A stretch of 64,000 bases of DNA from Eledone cirrhosa (Eukaryota). The DNA lies in contig OZ024740.1 of assembly GCA_964016885.1 (NCBI GenBank), positions 236,530,001 through 236,594,000 on the forward strand. Direction: 5' to 3'. The position numbers were made by a program, and so were the translations under genes. Positions within the stretch are counted from its first letter, which is position 1, and every line of letters begins with the position of its first letter. The notes below the pieces were generated by a model. It did no database searches. It saw only the letters and a program-made list of their open reading frames with translations, and was not told the origin of the DNA. Positions 52,225-64,000 of this stretch are shown here, piece by piece.

Positions 52225-52261
52225 TAAAGTATATATCTTTCATTTATTACTATTATTGTTC

Positions 52262-52760
52262 TTTGAGTCTCAGTCATTGATGTTATTTAATTGGAAAGTT
52301 TGTTGAAATGAATATCAAGCCGCTACCTACAGCCTCAGATATTCAGGATGTATCGGAGGGTTCTTGCTGTTCCCAGCAAGCATGCCTTTCGAAGTGTTCC
52401 AAAAAGCGGGACTAGACTAATCTTCTTTAACAATCCTTGGAAACTCTTTGAGATAGTACCTAGTGCGCCTATGACAATCGGGACGACCTTGATTTCATGG
52501 CAGTTCCAAATCCTTTTTACCTCCCACTTTAAATCCTGGTATCGGTTAATTTTCTTCCTCTCCTTTTCTTGCACTTTCGTGTCAAATGGGCAGGCTACAT
52601 CTACAATCAGGCATGATCTTTTTTCCTTGTCCAAAACCACCAGGTCAGGCCTATTGTGTTCTAATTTCTTGTCCGTCTGTATCCTAAAATCCCACAGCAC
52701 CTTCACCTGATCATTTTCTATCACCGACTCTGGCTTATGCTCATACCACTTCTCATCATT
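52262..52760 (-). mobile_element. R4/Dong-like LINE 3' fragment (restriction-like endonuclease)
   Basis: WYEHKP..VLWDFRIQTD..HNRPDLVV..LIVDVACPFD..KINRYQDL. Confidence 0.88.
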
Positions 52761-52766
52761 ATTATC

Positions 52767-52888
52767 CCGCCGAAGTTGACTTTGCCTTTCATCCTTACGG
52801 GGTCGATAAAATAAAGTACCAGTAATGCACTGGATAATTGCTGGCCTTGTGCCTAAAGTAGAAACAATTATTATTATTATTATTATTT
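52767..52888 (+). mobile_element. tRNA-SINE family 1, 5'-truncated
   Basis: Core plus ggccttgtgcctaaagtagaaac(aat)n. Confidence 0.8.
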
Positions 52889-52894
52889 GCATTT

Positions 52895-55800
52895 ATCTTG
52901 CTTTATGTTTATACGAGTTATCACCATGTCACAACCAGTGACCTCAAGAGACAACAAGGTCCGCCATGTTCAAGAAAGAACATACATATTCACACATGCA
53001 TCCTTAGTGTTTAGACTTGTGATGTACTTATATTGACAGGATCTTCCTTAGTATATGGGCAGTTCCCATTAGTACTATCTTTTGTATTTCTCCTATACGC
53101 GGGTTTCCTGGGATTTGCGATAAGTAGTCGTTAGACCCCTTAGGTATCATTCCCAGAGCGCCTACAACCACTGGTATTGTTTTAGTTCTCAATTTCCACA
53201 TTTTTCCAATTTCTATCTCCAGGTCCTTATACTTGCTCAATTTTTCAAATGTTTTTATAGATACATTCTTGTCTATTGGAACAGACATATCAATTAGCAG
53301 GCATACCCTCCTTTGAAAGTCCTTCAATATTATATCAGGTCTATTTGCATCTATTTTTCAGTCTGTTTGGATGCTAAAGTTCCACAAGATTGAGATGTGA
53401 TCTTTTTCAAGTATGGGAGGTGGTTGATGCTCCCACCAATTCTTTTGATGGGGCAGGTCAAAATGCTTACACATTATCCAATGTATGTATTGTGTAGCTC
53501 TGTCATGCCTGTTTAGGTATTCGGTTGGAGCTATAGGACTGCACATTGAAATTATATGGTCAATGGTCTCTGGTTGTTTTTTGCATACACGGCATAATGG
53601 GCTGCACCCATTTTTTATTATGTTGGCTTGGTAATTTTTTGTTGGCAGACACTGATCTTGTGCCGATATAATCAGTCCTTCAGTCTCCGATTTCAGTCCA
53701 GAGGATGCCAACCACTGATGGGTTAATGTTTTGTCAACATCAGGATTGTTAGCTCGCTCTGGGTATTTTCCATACAGAGGCTTTTCTAGCCATTTCTTAG
53801 TCAGTTTCTGTAGCAGTTCTTTCTCTGTAGTTACTTTTACCTGCTTTGCTTTTTCTGTGTTTTCCATTTCAGCAGTAAATGGGACTTCTGAAATTTGTAG
53901 TCCATTACTGTATCTTTGTGCATCTTTTGTAATGGAGTATGATCTTTTCAAAACGAGTTTGATCATCCAATCATGTGATTCCCTTAGATATGTAGATAAT
54001 CCAATTGTTGCAGTTTTCAACGCAATATCTAACTGGATTAACCCACGTCCTCCTTCTTTTCTAGGGAGATATATTCTATCTGTATCTGCCTTAGGGTGAT
54101 GCATTCTGTGCATGGTTAAGAATTTTCTAATTTTTGTATCAAGCCTACAGATCTCTGTGCTTGACCAGTTGATGACATTGTAACTGTAGGTTACTACTGG
54201 TATGGCAAGCATGTTTATGGCATTGATCCTATTCATCATCATCTCATTTTACGTCCACCTTTCCCCGCTTGCATTCAATTCCGTTCTTAAGATTGCTCTT
54301 ACTCTGCGGTAACATTCCTTCCTTATCCTTTCCCTCATTGTCGAGTGCTTGATTCCGTCTCCTTCATAAACACCTAGATATTTGTAAGTTTCCTCTTGAT
54401 CAAGTTCTCTTATCACATTCCTCCGATCAAGATTAATGTCTGAACTTTTCAGCAGCTTTCCTCTGGTGAACGTTGCTTTGGCGCATTTATCTAGTCCAAA
54501 CTCCATTTTAATGTCATCACTGAACTGCTCCACAGTGGATAATAGTCCTTGCAATTGTTCATCATTTTTTTGCAAATAGTTTCAGATCATCCATGTAGAA
54601 CAAGTGATTAATGGTTTTATCATAAACTTTATATCCATGTTTTGTTTCATTGAGCATTTTACTTTATGGTATAAGTGCGATACAGAATAAAAGCGGTGAT
54701 AAAGAGTCACCCTGAAAAATTCCAAAGTTGGGCTAACAGCTCATGAGAATCTGTGAAGGCATTTATCCAAAAAATTGGTATTTTGTCTTTTCCTGGAGAT
54801 TTCCATTTGCTGGTTTTTCTAAGAGCCAAACGCAACTGTTCAACTGTTTTATTTTCCCATATTTGTTCCTCAAGGTGAGCTGTATCTTTCATTTGTCTGT
54901 CTATCCATGGGGCATGTATATTATGAACTTTTTCTTCGGCCCAGATCTTTTCCCAGAATTCTTGCACTTCCTCCTTGGGTGGTATTGATTTAGCAGTTAT
55001 TGTTGACTTGCCAATTTTTATGTAGAAGTTTCTTTGGTTGTTTTTGAACACATTATTGTCCTTATAGAATCTAGATCGTTTTTCAAAGCACCTTATACGA
55101 GCAGCTTTGGCCGACACTTTTTGCTTGATTATTTCTATCAGCATGTCTATGTCACTTGTTGATTTTATACTGTATTTGCTTTTCAATTTTCTAAGTTTAG
55201 TTTGGTACTTTGTAGTTTGTTAAAATTTCTATGTCAGATCGGAGAACGTTTATTTGGCGATTGATGTTCTCTTGCCAAGTAGATTTCTTGTGGGAATTCC
55301 TTTGTTTTTTCATTTTCACTCCACATAAGTGAGTGGTGACTTTAACCGATGCATAATAGAGATGATTTAAATCAGTAATGTTTAGTTTGTTTGTGATGAT
55401 AATGTTTTTGAGAATTATGTTAGTCTTGTGTATTATCTTTTGGTTCTGTTTGGAGTTCTGGATCTTAGAGAGAGTGTCTCATTCCCCCATGTCAGATTCT
55501 TACATTTTCATCCATTCGATCATAATTTCATCCTTCAAGTTGGCAAGTTCATTCTCATTCATTTCTTTATCATTTACGATCTCATTGTTTTCATTTTGAG
55601 TTTCATCTTGAGTATGCACTACCTCCACTTTTTCGATCCTTTCTTTAATTTGTTCTGTTGTCAGTGATTCCGCCCCAACCCTGGGATTCACTGACACTGA
55701 AGTTTTCAATGACACATGTTTCATTTTCCCTTTGCTGACTTTGTGCTAATAGCTTGATCTGATCAATTTCTATATCAGTTAGTAACTTTTTTTTAACAAT

Positions 55801-56340
55801 ATTTCTTCGTATATTGGCTAGGTGTTACTGTCAATATAGCCTGTTTTCGGGATGTTTCTTTTTCCAGTTGATATATGTCTGTTCTGTATTCGATCTATTT
55901 GATGGGTAGTACATGACAGTGTAGAAAGCCTAAAGGACTTCTTTATTGTCTTCCCTTGACCATTTTTCTCTCTTTTTCTTTGGATTTCTTGGTGGTGAGC
56001 ATGGAGGGCCAACAGTAGGAGTATTCCGGTTATGGGAGGTCTCCAACTCTGAAGTGATGGGAAGGTTTGAACCATTAGCTGATTTTTCTACCCCAGTCTG
56101 GTTCCTCTCTGAGGGACGCGGCCCTTTTTGACCCGGGTGACAGCCAATCCGGTATGAGATTTTATAATTTGACATTTACTTTATTTTGTTGCGTTTTATC
56201 CTTAACTGCCAAGGGGAAATCATTTCGTGTTACCACTTCTAGGATGAATGTCAACCAAGACTAGAGGGGTCGTCCTCCCCTAGAGACACGGCTATTCCCC
56301 GCCAGCCGCCATCCCGGTATTACTTAGTCACAGGGTTTTC
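52895..56340 (-). mobile_element. R4/Dong-clade non-LTR retrotransposon (RT plus CCHC plus RLE), decayed, internally deleted
   Basis: WKSPGKDKI, GDSLSPLLFCIAL, HLFYMDDLK, MEFGLDKCA, YKYLG, EGGRGL, SETEGLIISAQDQ, CRVC..ETIDHIISMC, RHD, NRPDI, KYKDL. Confidence 0.9.
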
Positions 56341-57362
56341 TTTTTTGTTGTTTTTTAAATTGTTATTATCATGAGTGGTTCCTTAATGTGAGCATTGCAT
56401 GGCTTAAGAATGAAATTATTATTAATAATATAATATACTTTTTGTTGAAGTTGCCTGTTATTGTTCTTGGCTATGTCGGTGGTGGTGCTGGGGCTTTTTC
56501 TATTGTTGGTGGGGAAGGGGAGAGCCAAAAGTGCCATAGTCATTGACGTTTGACCGGGTCACTAAGTCAGTCTATTTATATCTTTTGCTAGCCTCTCCCT
56601 TGTCTAGTGATACCACCACCTTCCCCTTTCTAAATTAACAGAAGGTAGTGGAGGAATAGTGGTAAGGAGTGGTGGCGGCGGTGATGGGATAGTGGTAGCA
56701 ATGATGGAGTGGTGACGGCGGTGACTATAGTGATGAGATAGTGGTAGAAATGATGGAGTGGTGGCGGCGGTGACTATAGTGATGGCGTTGTCGTTACTGA
56801 GTTTTGTTGAATAGACTGTAGTAGTATGTGTTTGTTTGATCTGTATATCTATGCGGGTTGTCGCGTATGTTTAATATATGTGTTGACATATTTTCTTAAT
56901 ATTTGAATTAAACATTTTGAGAAAACTTAAGATACAATAATAGTAATTATTATTATTATGCTGGGATTGATGGTGGTGGTGGTGAAATTGCTGTTATCTG
57001 TCTGCTGTATTTAGTGTACACAGAGGGGTGATGGGATAGGTGGTGTATCTAGTTTATGGTGTTGGTGAAATTGCTGTTATTTGGCTGTTCTATATAGTGT
57101 AGACAGAGGGGGTTTTCTTCCATTTAAAACCATTTTGTTTTTTGAATATAAAATTTATAATACAAAATTGAATATTTGAGCAATATAACAGGATATTATG
57201 GATCCAAATTTCCTGAGAGCTAAGCCTGGCTCTTTATGTCCCATTTGTACTACGAATTGTTATATCACAATTGTTTTAAATATGTTAAAAATCAAAAACT
57301 TACGGGAGCGATTCCATAACACTCTATCCACCACGTGCGTCTTCTTGCCTTATTATTATTAC

Positions 57363-57412
<50 letters not shown>

Positions 57413-57531
57413 GTGTGTGTGTGTAAATATATATATAATAAACAAAAGAATAATGAACAATAAAGATAAAGTGGAAATTTCATGGTGCATGTGTTTCCTT
57501 CTATTGCCAATATTGGCAATATTGACCATAT

Positions 57532-59332
57532 AACAAGAAAGAGGCCTGGAAATGTCATTATGAGAGACTGATGAATGTAGTAGAGAACGAATGAGAGGAA
57601 GAGAAACTACCCCCAACCCACCCAACAGAAGGGCCAGTCATTGAAGTTGACAGTTACAGGGTTAAAGAAACAATCAAAGAGATGAAAAATAGTAAAGCTG
57701 CAGAACCATCAGAGATAGTTGCTGAGATGCTAAAAGCAATAGGAGAAGTAGGAGTCAAACTAGTAATCTGCATAGTCAATCAGGTAATACAGGACGGTGT
57801 CACATTCAATGACTGGTGCAGCAGTACAATCATAAATTGCCAGATGGGCAAAGGTGATGCTCAAGAGAAGAGCAACTATAGAGGAATAAAACTAATGGAC
57901 CAAGTTATGAAAGTGATGAAAAGAGTTATAGTGCAACTAGTTAGAGAAAGAGTCAAATTTGACGAGGATCTGTTTGGTTTCATGACTGGGTTAAATACTA
58001 CAGAAGCCCTCTTTTTAATGAGGCAACTACAAGAGAAGTTCCTAGTCAAACATAAACCACTATATTAGCTTTCGTTGAGCTAGAAAAAGCATTTGACAGG
58101 GTACCCCAATCTGTTACCTGGTGGTCCTTAAGGAAATTAGGTGTAGAAGAATGGTTGGTGAGAGCAGTACAAGCCATATATAGAGGAGATGTCAGCAAAG
58201 TGAGAGTAGGAAGTGAGTTTAGTGGGGAATTCAAAGTACAAGTAGGAGTTCATCAAGGTTCAGCTCTTAACCCACTACTATTCATTATAGTTCTCCTGGC
58301 TATAACAGAGGAGTTTAAGACTGGCTACTTATGGGAACTTCTCTATACAGATGATCTGGTCCTTATAACTAAATCCATTAAAGAACTAGAAAATAAGTTC
58401 CAACTGTGGAAACAGAATTTGGAATCAAAGGGCCTAAGAGTGAACTTAGCCAAAAGTAAAGTGCTAGTGAGTAGGAGAGAAGATAGAACCCTGATTCTTT
58501 CAGGGAGTGGCTCTGCTCAATATGTAAAAAGGGAGTAGGCATAAACTCTATACAATGTACACAATGTAAATATTGGTTACACAAAAAATGTAGTGGTTAT
58601 TCTGTAGATTAACAGGAAGAGAAGACTTTGTATTTAGATGATGCACAGGGGTAATTGAGGGAAACAGAGCCAGTGATGTATACCTATTCCAGTAACAAGA
58701 TGGATCCATAGAAGTGGTTGATAGCTTCTGCTATCTAGGCAACATAATTAGCAATAGGGGAAGGTGCTCTGAGAGTATAATAGCTAATATAAGGATAGAA
58801 TGGAAAAAGTTTAGAGAGCTACTCCCACCGTTGACCACAATAGGTTTCTCCCTATGCACAAAACGATAATTGAATGATGCATGTGTGCGAAATACGATGC
58901 TGCATGGTAGTTAAACATAGGCTCTGACTGAAGAAGACATGCATAGACTGAAGAGAAATGAAGCAACCATGCTCCATTGGATGTGCAATGTGTGAGAGAA
59001 AGGCAGAGCTTGGACGAGTTGAAGGAGAAGCTGGGTTTAAGAGGAATCTGAGGTGGTGTGTAAGAGAGAAGACTGCGTTGGTATGGACATGTGATGTGCA
59101 TGATGGACAATGATCGTTTGGTGAAGAAATGCCAGGAAATGCCAGTGGAAGGAAGCCACAGTAGAAGTAGACCAAGAAAGACCTCAGCAGAGGTTGTGAG
59201 AGCTGACCTCAAATCACTGAGACTCACAGAGGAGATGACAAAGGAACGTGACGATTGGAGAGATACCACACTGAGAAGGACCCGTCCAACCCATGCAAAC
59301 GTGGAAAAGCGGACATAAAAACAATGATGATA
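57532..59332 (+). mobile_element. Older RTE LINE (subfamily C), 5'-truncated
   Basis: RT, PHD relic and C-terminal motifs with many disablements; RTE tail. Confidence 0.88.
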
Positions 59333-59729
59333 ACAGTTACTATCTAGATGCTGGATTGCTTTAGAGGTCAGTATCTCTGATTAAGTAATGACATGATCTG
59401 TGATTACTTGTCCAGCCCTTACTAGCAGGAAAATGGACATTAAATGATGATGGTGATGATGATGATGATGATGATGATGATTGTCAACTTTAATCATCTA
59501 ACAATTGACAAAATAGCAATTCTATACTTGGCAGTATGTACTGAGCAACTTGGTAGTATGTACTGAGCTAAGTAATGCTAACTGCAAATTCTTTTTCAAT
59601 GGTAAATTAATTACAGTTTGGTAAATTATAACATGTAGCAACTACAAGATTGAGAAAATAAATACTTATTACAATTTCTTTTTACATGGCTATAAGATAA
59701 TATGTTGATATTCATTTTATTTTATATCA

Positions 59730-60118
59730 TGGAAGCACATGGCTTAGTGGTTAGAGCATTGGCCTTGCAATCGAAAGGTTGTGAGTTCAATTCTCAGCCC
59801 GGGTGATGTGTTGTTTCCTTGAGCAAGACACTTTATTTCACATTGCTCCAGTTTACTCAGCTGTAGAAATGAGATGATAGGGACAGGGGTCCCTATCATT
59901 CCACTGCAAAGTGGTTGTGGAGGTGTCATGGCAAAAAAGCACCCAGCCCACACTGTAAAGTGGACGTGTAGGCGCCACGGAAAAAAAGCACCCAGCACTC
60001 ACTGTAAATGCGGTTGGTGTTAAGAAGGGCATCCAGCTGTAGAAATCAAGCCAGAATCAGTTCCCATCCCACCCTTGCAAGCAGGGAAAAGCAGATGTAA
60101 AATGATGATGATGATGAT
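59730..60118 (+). mobile_element. tRNA-SINE family 2, most complete copy
   Basis: tggcttagtggttagagc A-box, gagttcaattc B-box, core, RTE tail, (ATG)n. Confidence 0.85.
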
Positions 60119-62224
60119 CATCATCATCAGACTAATATAACGTTAAATTATCAAATTGAACATTATCTGAAGAGGCTTTATGTTCTCAGTGACAGTGGTA
60201 TATTTTAGTAATCATATTTGAAGATTGTCTCTCAAAATTACAAAGTTATTGTGTTGAAGTCTATTAAATTGATTCTTCTTCAATTGACCAGTGCTACCCA
60301 ATGAAATGTATAAGTTATATTATCATCACATCTTTAATATGTTCAACTGCCACACCGAGATGTTTCAAAAGCCAAAATAAAATTATCAATTCAATCTTAA
60401 CTGTTTTTACTGAATCTATTTCCCATCATTGTAATAAGATTTGTTGTTGTTTTATGTTTGTTTTGTTTGTTTTTTCTGTTGTTATCTAAAAATACAGAAC
60501 TGAATTTTATTAGATTTCGCTCATGTTTCAAAGAGTAGATAACTACAGTGTTGCTGTTAATACTGAAGCTTCATCTAATTTAAGTAACTAAGTAATTTTG
60601 AAGAATATTTAAGATGTTCTATTTTCTTAGTATGCCCACACAAAGACATAAAAGCCAGCTACAGTTTTTACAGTAACATTCACAAAATTGTAATTTTTTT
60701 TTTTTCCACTATTAATGCTGTTATTTTCATAGGTACAAAACAAGATAATCTCCTTGTACAGTAGTTGTTTTACTTTGATTTCACTCATTGCAACAAATCC
60801 TTGAGATGAGATGTAAAATTATTATACAGAAAAAGTCAAATAAGATTAGCAGTTAGATTGGTGAGTTGATTGCTAGCCAAGATAGACACCTATCACATAT
60901 GTTCTTCCATTTAAACAGCCACTTCAAGGAAATTTTATTCATTATTCGCCTCCCTTTACTCTTTGTATCCTAATCTTATTTGATTTTTTCTCCTTTCTCT
61001 TTCCACTTTTAAGGATTATTGTCACAATTAAGGATTTACATTTTACTCTTAATTCTAAGAACTACTACAGCAAGAGCAACAACAACTACAAGCAGTAATA
61101 GCAGTAGTAAAGCAGCTATTACTTGTGTGTAAGTGGGAAAATAAAAATGTGTATTTGATAAGAAAGCACTCTTCAATGTTGTAGTTGAGAGCAGCAGTGA
61201 TGAGTGATCGAAGCGACAGGGCGAAAGTAATCAATAAAACATAGTCAACAATCTGATCAAGATGAAACTGCAGTCTAAAGATAAATGAAATATTTGAAGG
61301 GAAAAAAAATCAGTTGAACTATCTTTCATAATAATTATCTGCAGTCGTTCTTCAGACAAATGACTAGAGTTTTTAGTAATTTTATCAACTTAATCATTAT
61401 TGCAGATAAGAATGAAGTCATTTAATTAAGAATATTATGAACTACTTCTTATATTGGCAACAATATCAAACATTTTATGAAAATTCTACAAAAAATACAA
61501 AATCAATCAAGTTAAACTAGTAAAATTAAATATTTTCCAAAAGAAATATCTAATAAATCATTATCTTCATAGGTTTTTACTAGTTCTTCAGTTAAATCAT
61601 CAAACTTAGATTTCAAATCCTGCTATGGCAAATTTAATCATTTAATCTTATAAGATAGTAAAAATAAATAAATATTATTATTCATTACATAGTGAGATTT
61701 ATTAAAAGTTATGCTCTTTCTTTTATGAATAAATAAATAAATAAATATCTGTTAATTATAGAAACATAATTATTTGAAAAAGCAGAATTCCTTGCAAGTG
61801 CTTTACAAATTTTCTCTCAAAGATTAAGTGAAGTTTATATTCTGAAGGGAGTTTTATTCTGTGGAAAGCAAGAACACAATCAGCTGAGTGTTCTACAGAA
61901 TGACCTGTAAATTTCAAGGTTATAGAATCCTCTTAGTGTTATTGATTTTATTTCAGTCACTTTGATGAAGAATTGTCAGTATAAATATCTCTACAATCAT
62001 TGTGCTATATAATTATAGTTACCTTATTTACAGTTCTTTAACATTCAGTAAAATATTAATGAAGCAAAGATTAACAAAGCAGCTTTCTTGTTCTAAACAG
62101 AATGAGAAGCCTATATTTTGAAATCATATTTTAATATAAGATTTATAAATATTGAGTACAGTTTCTCAGCTTCAGCAAATCATTGGAATAACCTTCAGAC
62201 TTAGAAGATTAACATTATGTATTA

Positions 62225-62430
62225 ATTGGCAGAGTCGGTAGAGCATTGGATTATATGCCTTATAGTATTTGTTCTGGTACTTTGCACTTTTGGTTCAAAT
62301 CCTACTGAGGTAACTTTGTATTTCATCCTTTCATGGTCAATAAACAATGTACCAGTCCAAGTGAGTGGAGTGGCAGAATTGCTAAGGCATTGTAACTGTT
62401 CTAGCTCAGTGGATTCTGAGTTCAAATCCT
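62225..62430 (+). mobile_element. Degenerate tRNA-SINE family 1-like copies
   Basis: tggcagagtcggtagagc..ggttcaaatcc..tttcatcctttcatggtcaataa. Confidence 0.55.
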
Positions 62431-63539
62431 GCCTCCTGTCACTGAACAAAAATGAGGACATGACAGAACTGGGACCTCTTACCATTAAAACACACAAGAG
62501 ATCTTCTATGAGATACAACCACAAGCAGCTGGTTATACATATATAGGTGTGAGCCACAACAACAATAACAACAACAAAAAAGTTGTTGTATACTATCTTA
62601 TGTTTGTCAAAATAGATAGAAAACATCTTATATCTAATGTCTGCACTTCCCTTGAAAGTTTGTTGCACAAAGATCAAATAGACGATATTTCTAGCAATAT
62701 AACCTAAGCAGCAAGTCTGGAGTCCTTTGAGCAAGTCTGGAGTAGATATGATATCCCTTAGATTACCAAAATTGCAGTCAACTATATCATTAATTTGACA
62801 AACCTATTTGTGCTACAATCCTCACAGAAATTTCTAGACTAGGCAAAACCTATTTCTGCAAAGCTTTAAAAAACATTGAAGAATACAATGAGACCCATTT
62901 TTTTTAATAAGATGAATGAAACCCTTATTTGAATAGGATATTGCTAACAGGTCATCACTGTCCATTTTTAGTATTTGAGAATGTGTGAGTATATGTATAC
63001 ATACACCCACAGAATGACAAATTCTAAAAAAGAAAAAAACTAAATAGAAATTTAGTAGAAATTTAGTCAATATTCAAGACAGCCTACAGGCATTTTCTGC
63101 CAGCCAGTTTATCAGTTATGTTGTCAGCCTGTCAAACATTGACTGCCATAAGTAATTCAACTTCTAAATCTTTACTAACTCAACTGAATAATATTAATAC
63201 TACTTTTTATTTTATGTAAAAATATATCATATAAATATAATTTAATATAAAAAGAAGAAAAAAATAGATTGAGAAGAAAGAAAGGAATGTAAAATAAGAA
63301 AATATTTTAAAAAACGGAAAGGAAGCTCTCTAGTTAAACAGAATGGGAGAGGGGTGGGAAGGTGGTTGGGCTCTGGGTCTAGGGCACAGTGGTAATGGGG
63401 CTGTGCCCTGCAGACAAGACCGCAAAAGCATTCTTGCGGACTATAGCCAACAGCACCCACAACATCAGCCATTCCACCTCACAGGGCTCCTTCCTCATTC
63501 TGATCTTGCGGAGGAGTTCAGCAGTATGGGGTCCAAGTA

Positions 63540-64000
63540 TGCCTGAGGTAAGATTGATCGGGTGACCATGTCTCACTCGTATAGGACTGTATCTGGCAGG
63601 TTTTCTATGGCTGGATGCCCTTCCTAACACCAACCACATTTACAGTGAGGACTGGGAGCCTTTTTACCGTGTCTCCTACATGACTATTCTTATAAACTCA
63701 GTCTTATAAAATCACTCCTGATTTTATTAAATACAATACAGTTTGTGTTTTTCTGAGATCACTATTTTCTTATTTATAATTTCTATCACAAACAGCTAAC
63801 AGCAAAAATATTGAAAATTGAAAAAGCTACAACTACCACAACCGCCAAGAATAATCACTACCATTTAACATCTATTTTCTGTGTCTGCATGGGTTAGACT
63901 AGTTGTAGCATACTGAGGCTAGACTGCTCAGGTGACAAGGTCTTGTTTGTGCACTGGATGCCCTTCCTAATGCCAACCACTTTACAGCATGTACTGGGAG
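63540..64000 (-). mobile_element. RTE-type tail fragments
   Basis: ggatgcccttcctaa.ccaaccac motif at about 63613 and 63955. Confidence 0.65.

Noticed and set aside
59730-59802. tRNA gene
   Set aside because: SINE head continuing into core and LINE tail; no convincing cloverleaf or terminator

Overview
Eukaryotic, AT-rich, transposon-dense DNA. The mix of RTE LINEs with (ATG)n tails, tRNA-SINEs and (TA)n/(TAA)n microsatellites suggests an octopus-like coleoid cephalopod, but this is inference only. Most long ORFs are retroelement relics: about 10 RTE-clade LINE copies from at least 3 subfamilies, which carry a C4HC3 PHD finger inside the RT wherever that region survives; a Tx1/L1-like LINE; an R4/Dong-like RLE LINE; and a Penelope-like element (probably Naiad clade) with a long inverted 5' segment. 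Much of the window is intronic to a minus-strand host gene of unknown identity. I could reconstruct six GT-AG, frame-compatible exons, three of which are paralogous symmetric (phase 0-0) 240-249 bp exons made by tandem exon-plus-intron duplication. The least expected signals are (i) small palindromic elements carrying hammerhead-ribozyme folds, one with a non-canonical CAGAAGA core shared by an independent copy, (ii) chimeric SINE/LINE 3' tails and (iii) the expanding exon array. All family assignments rest on motif recognition; no database search or folding program was run.
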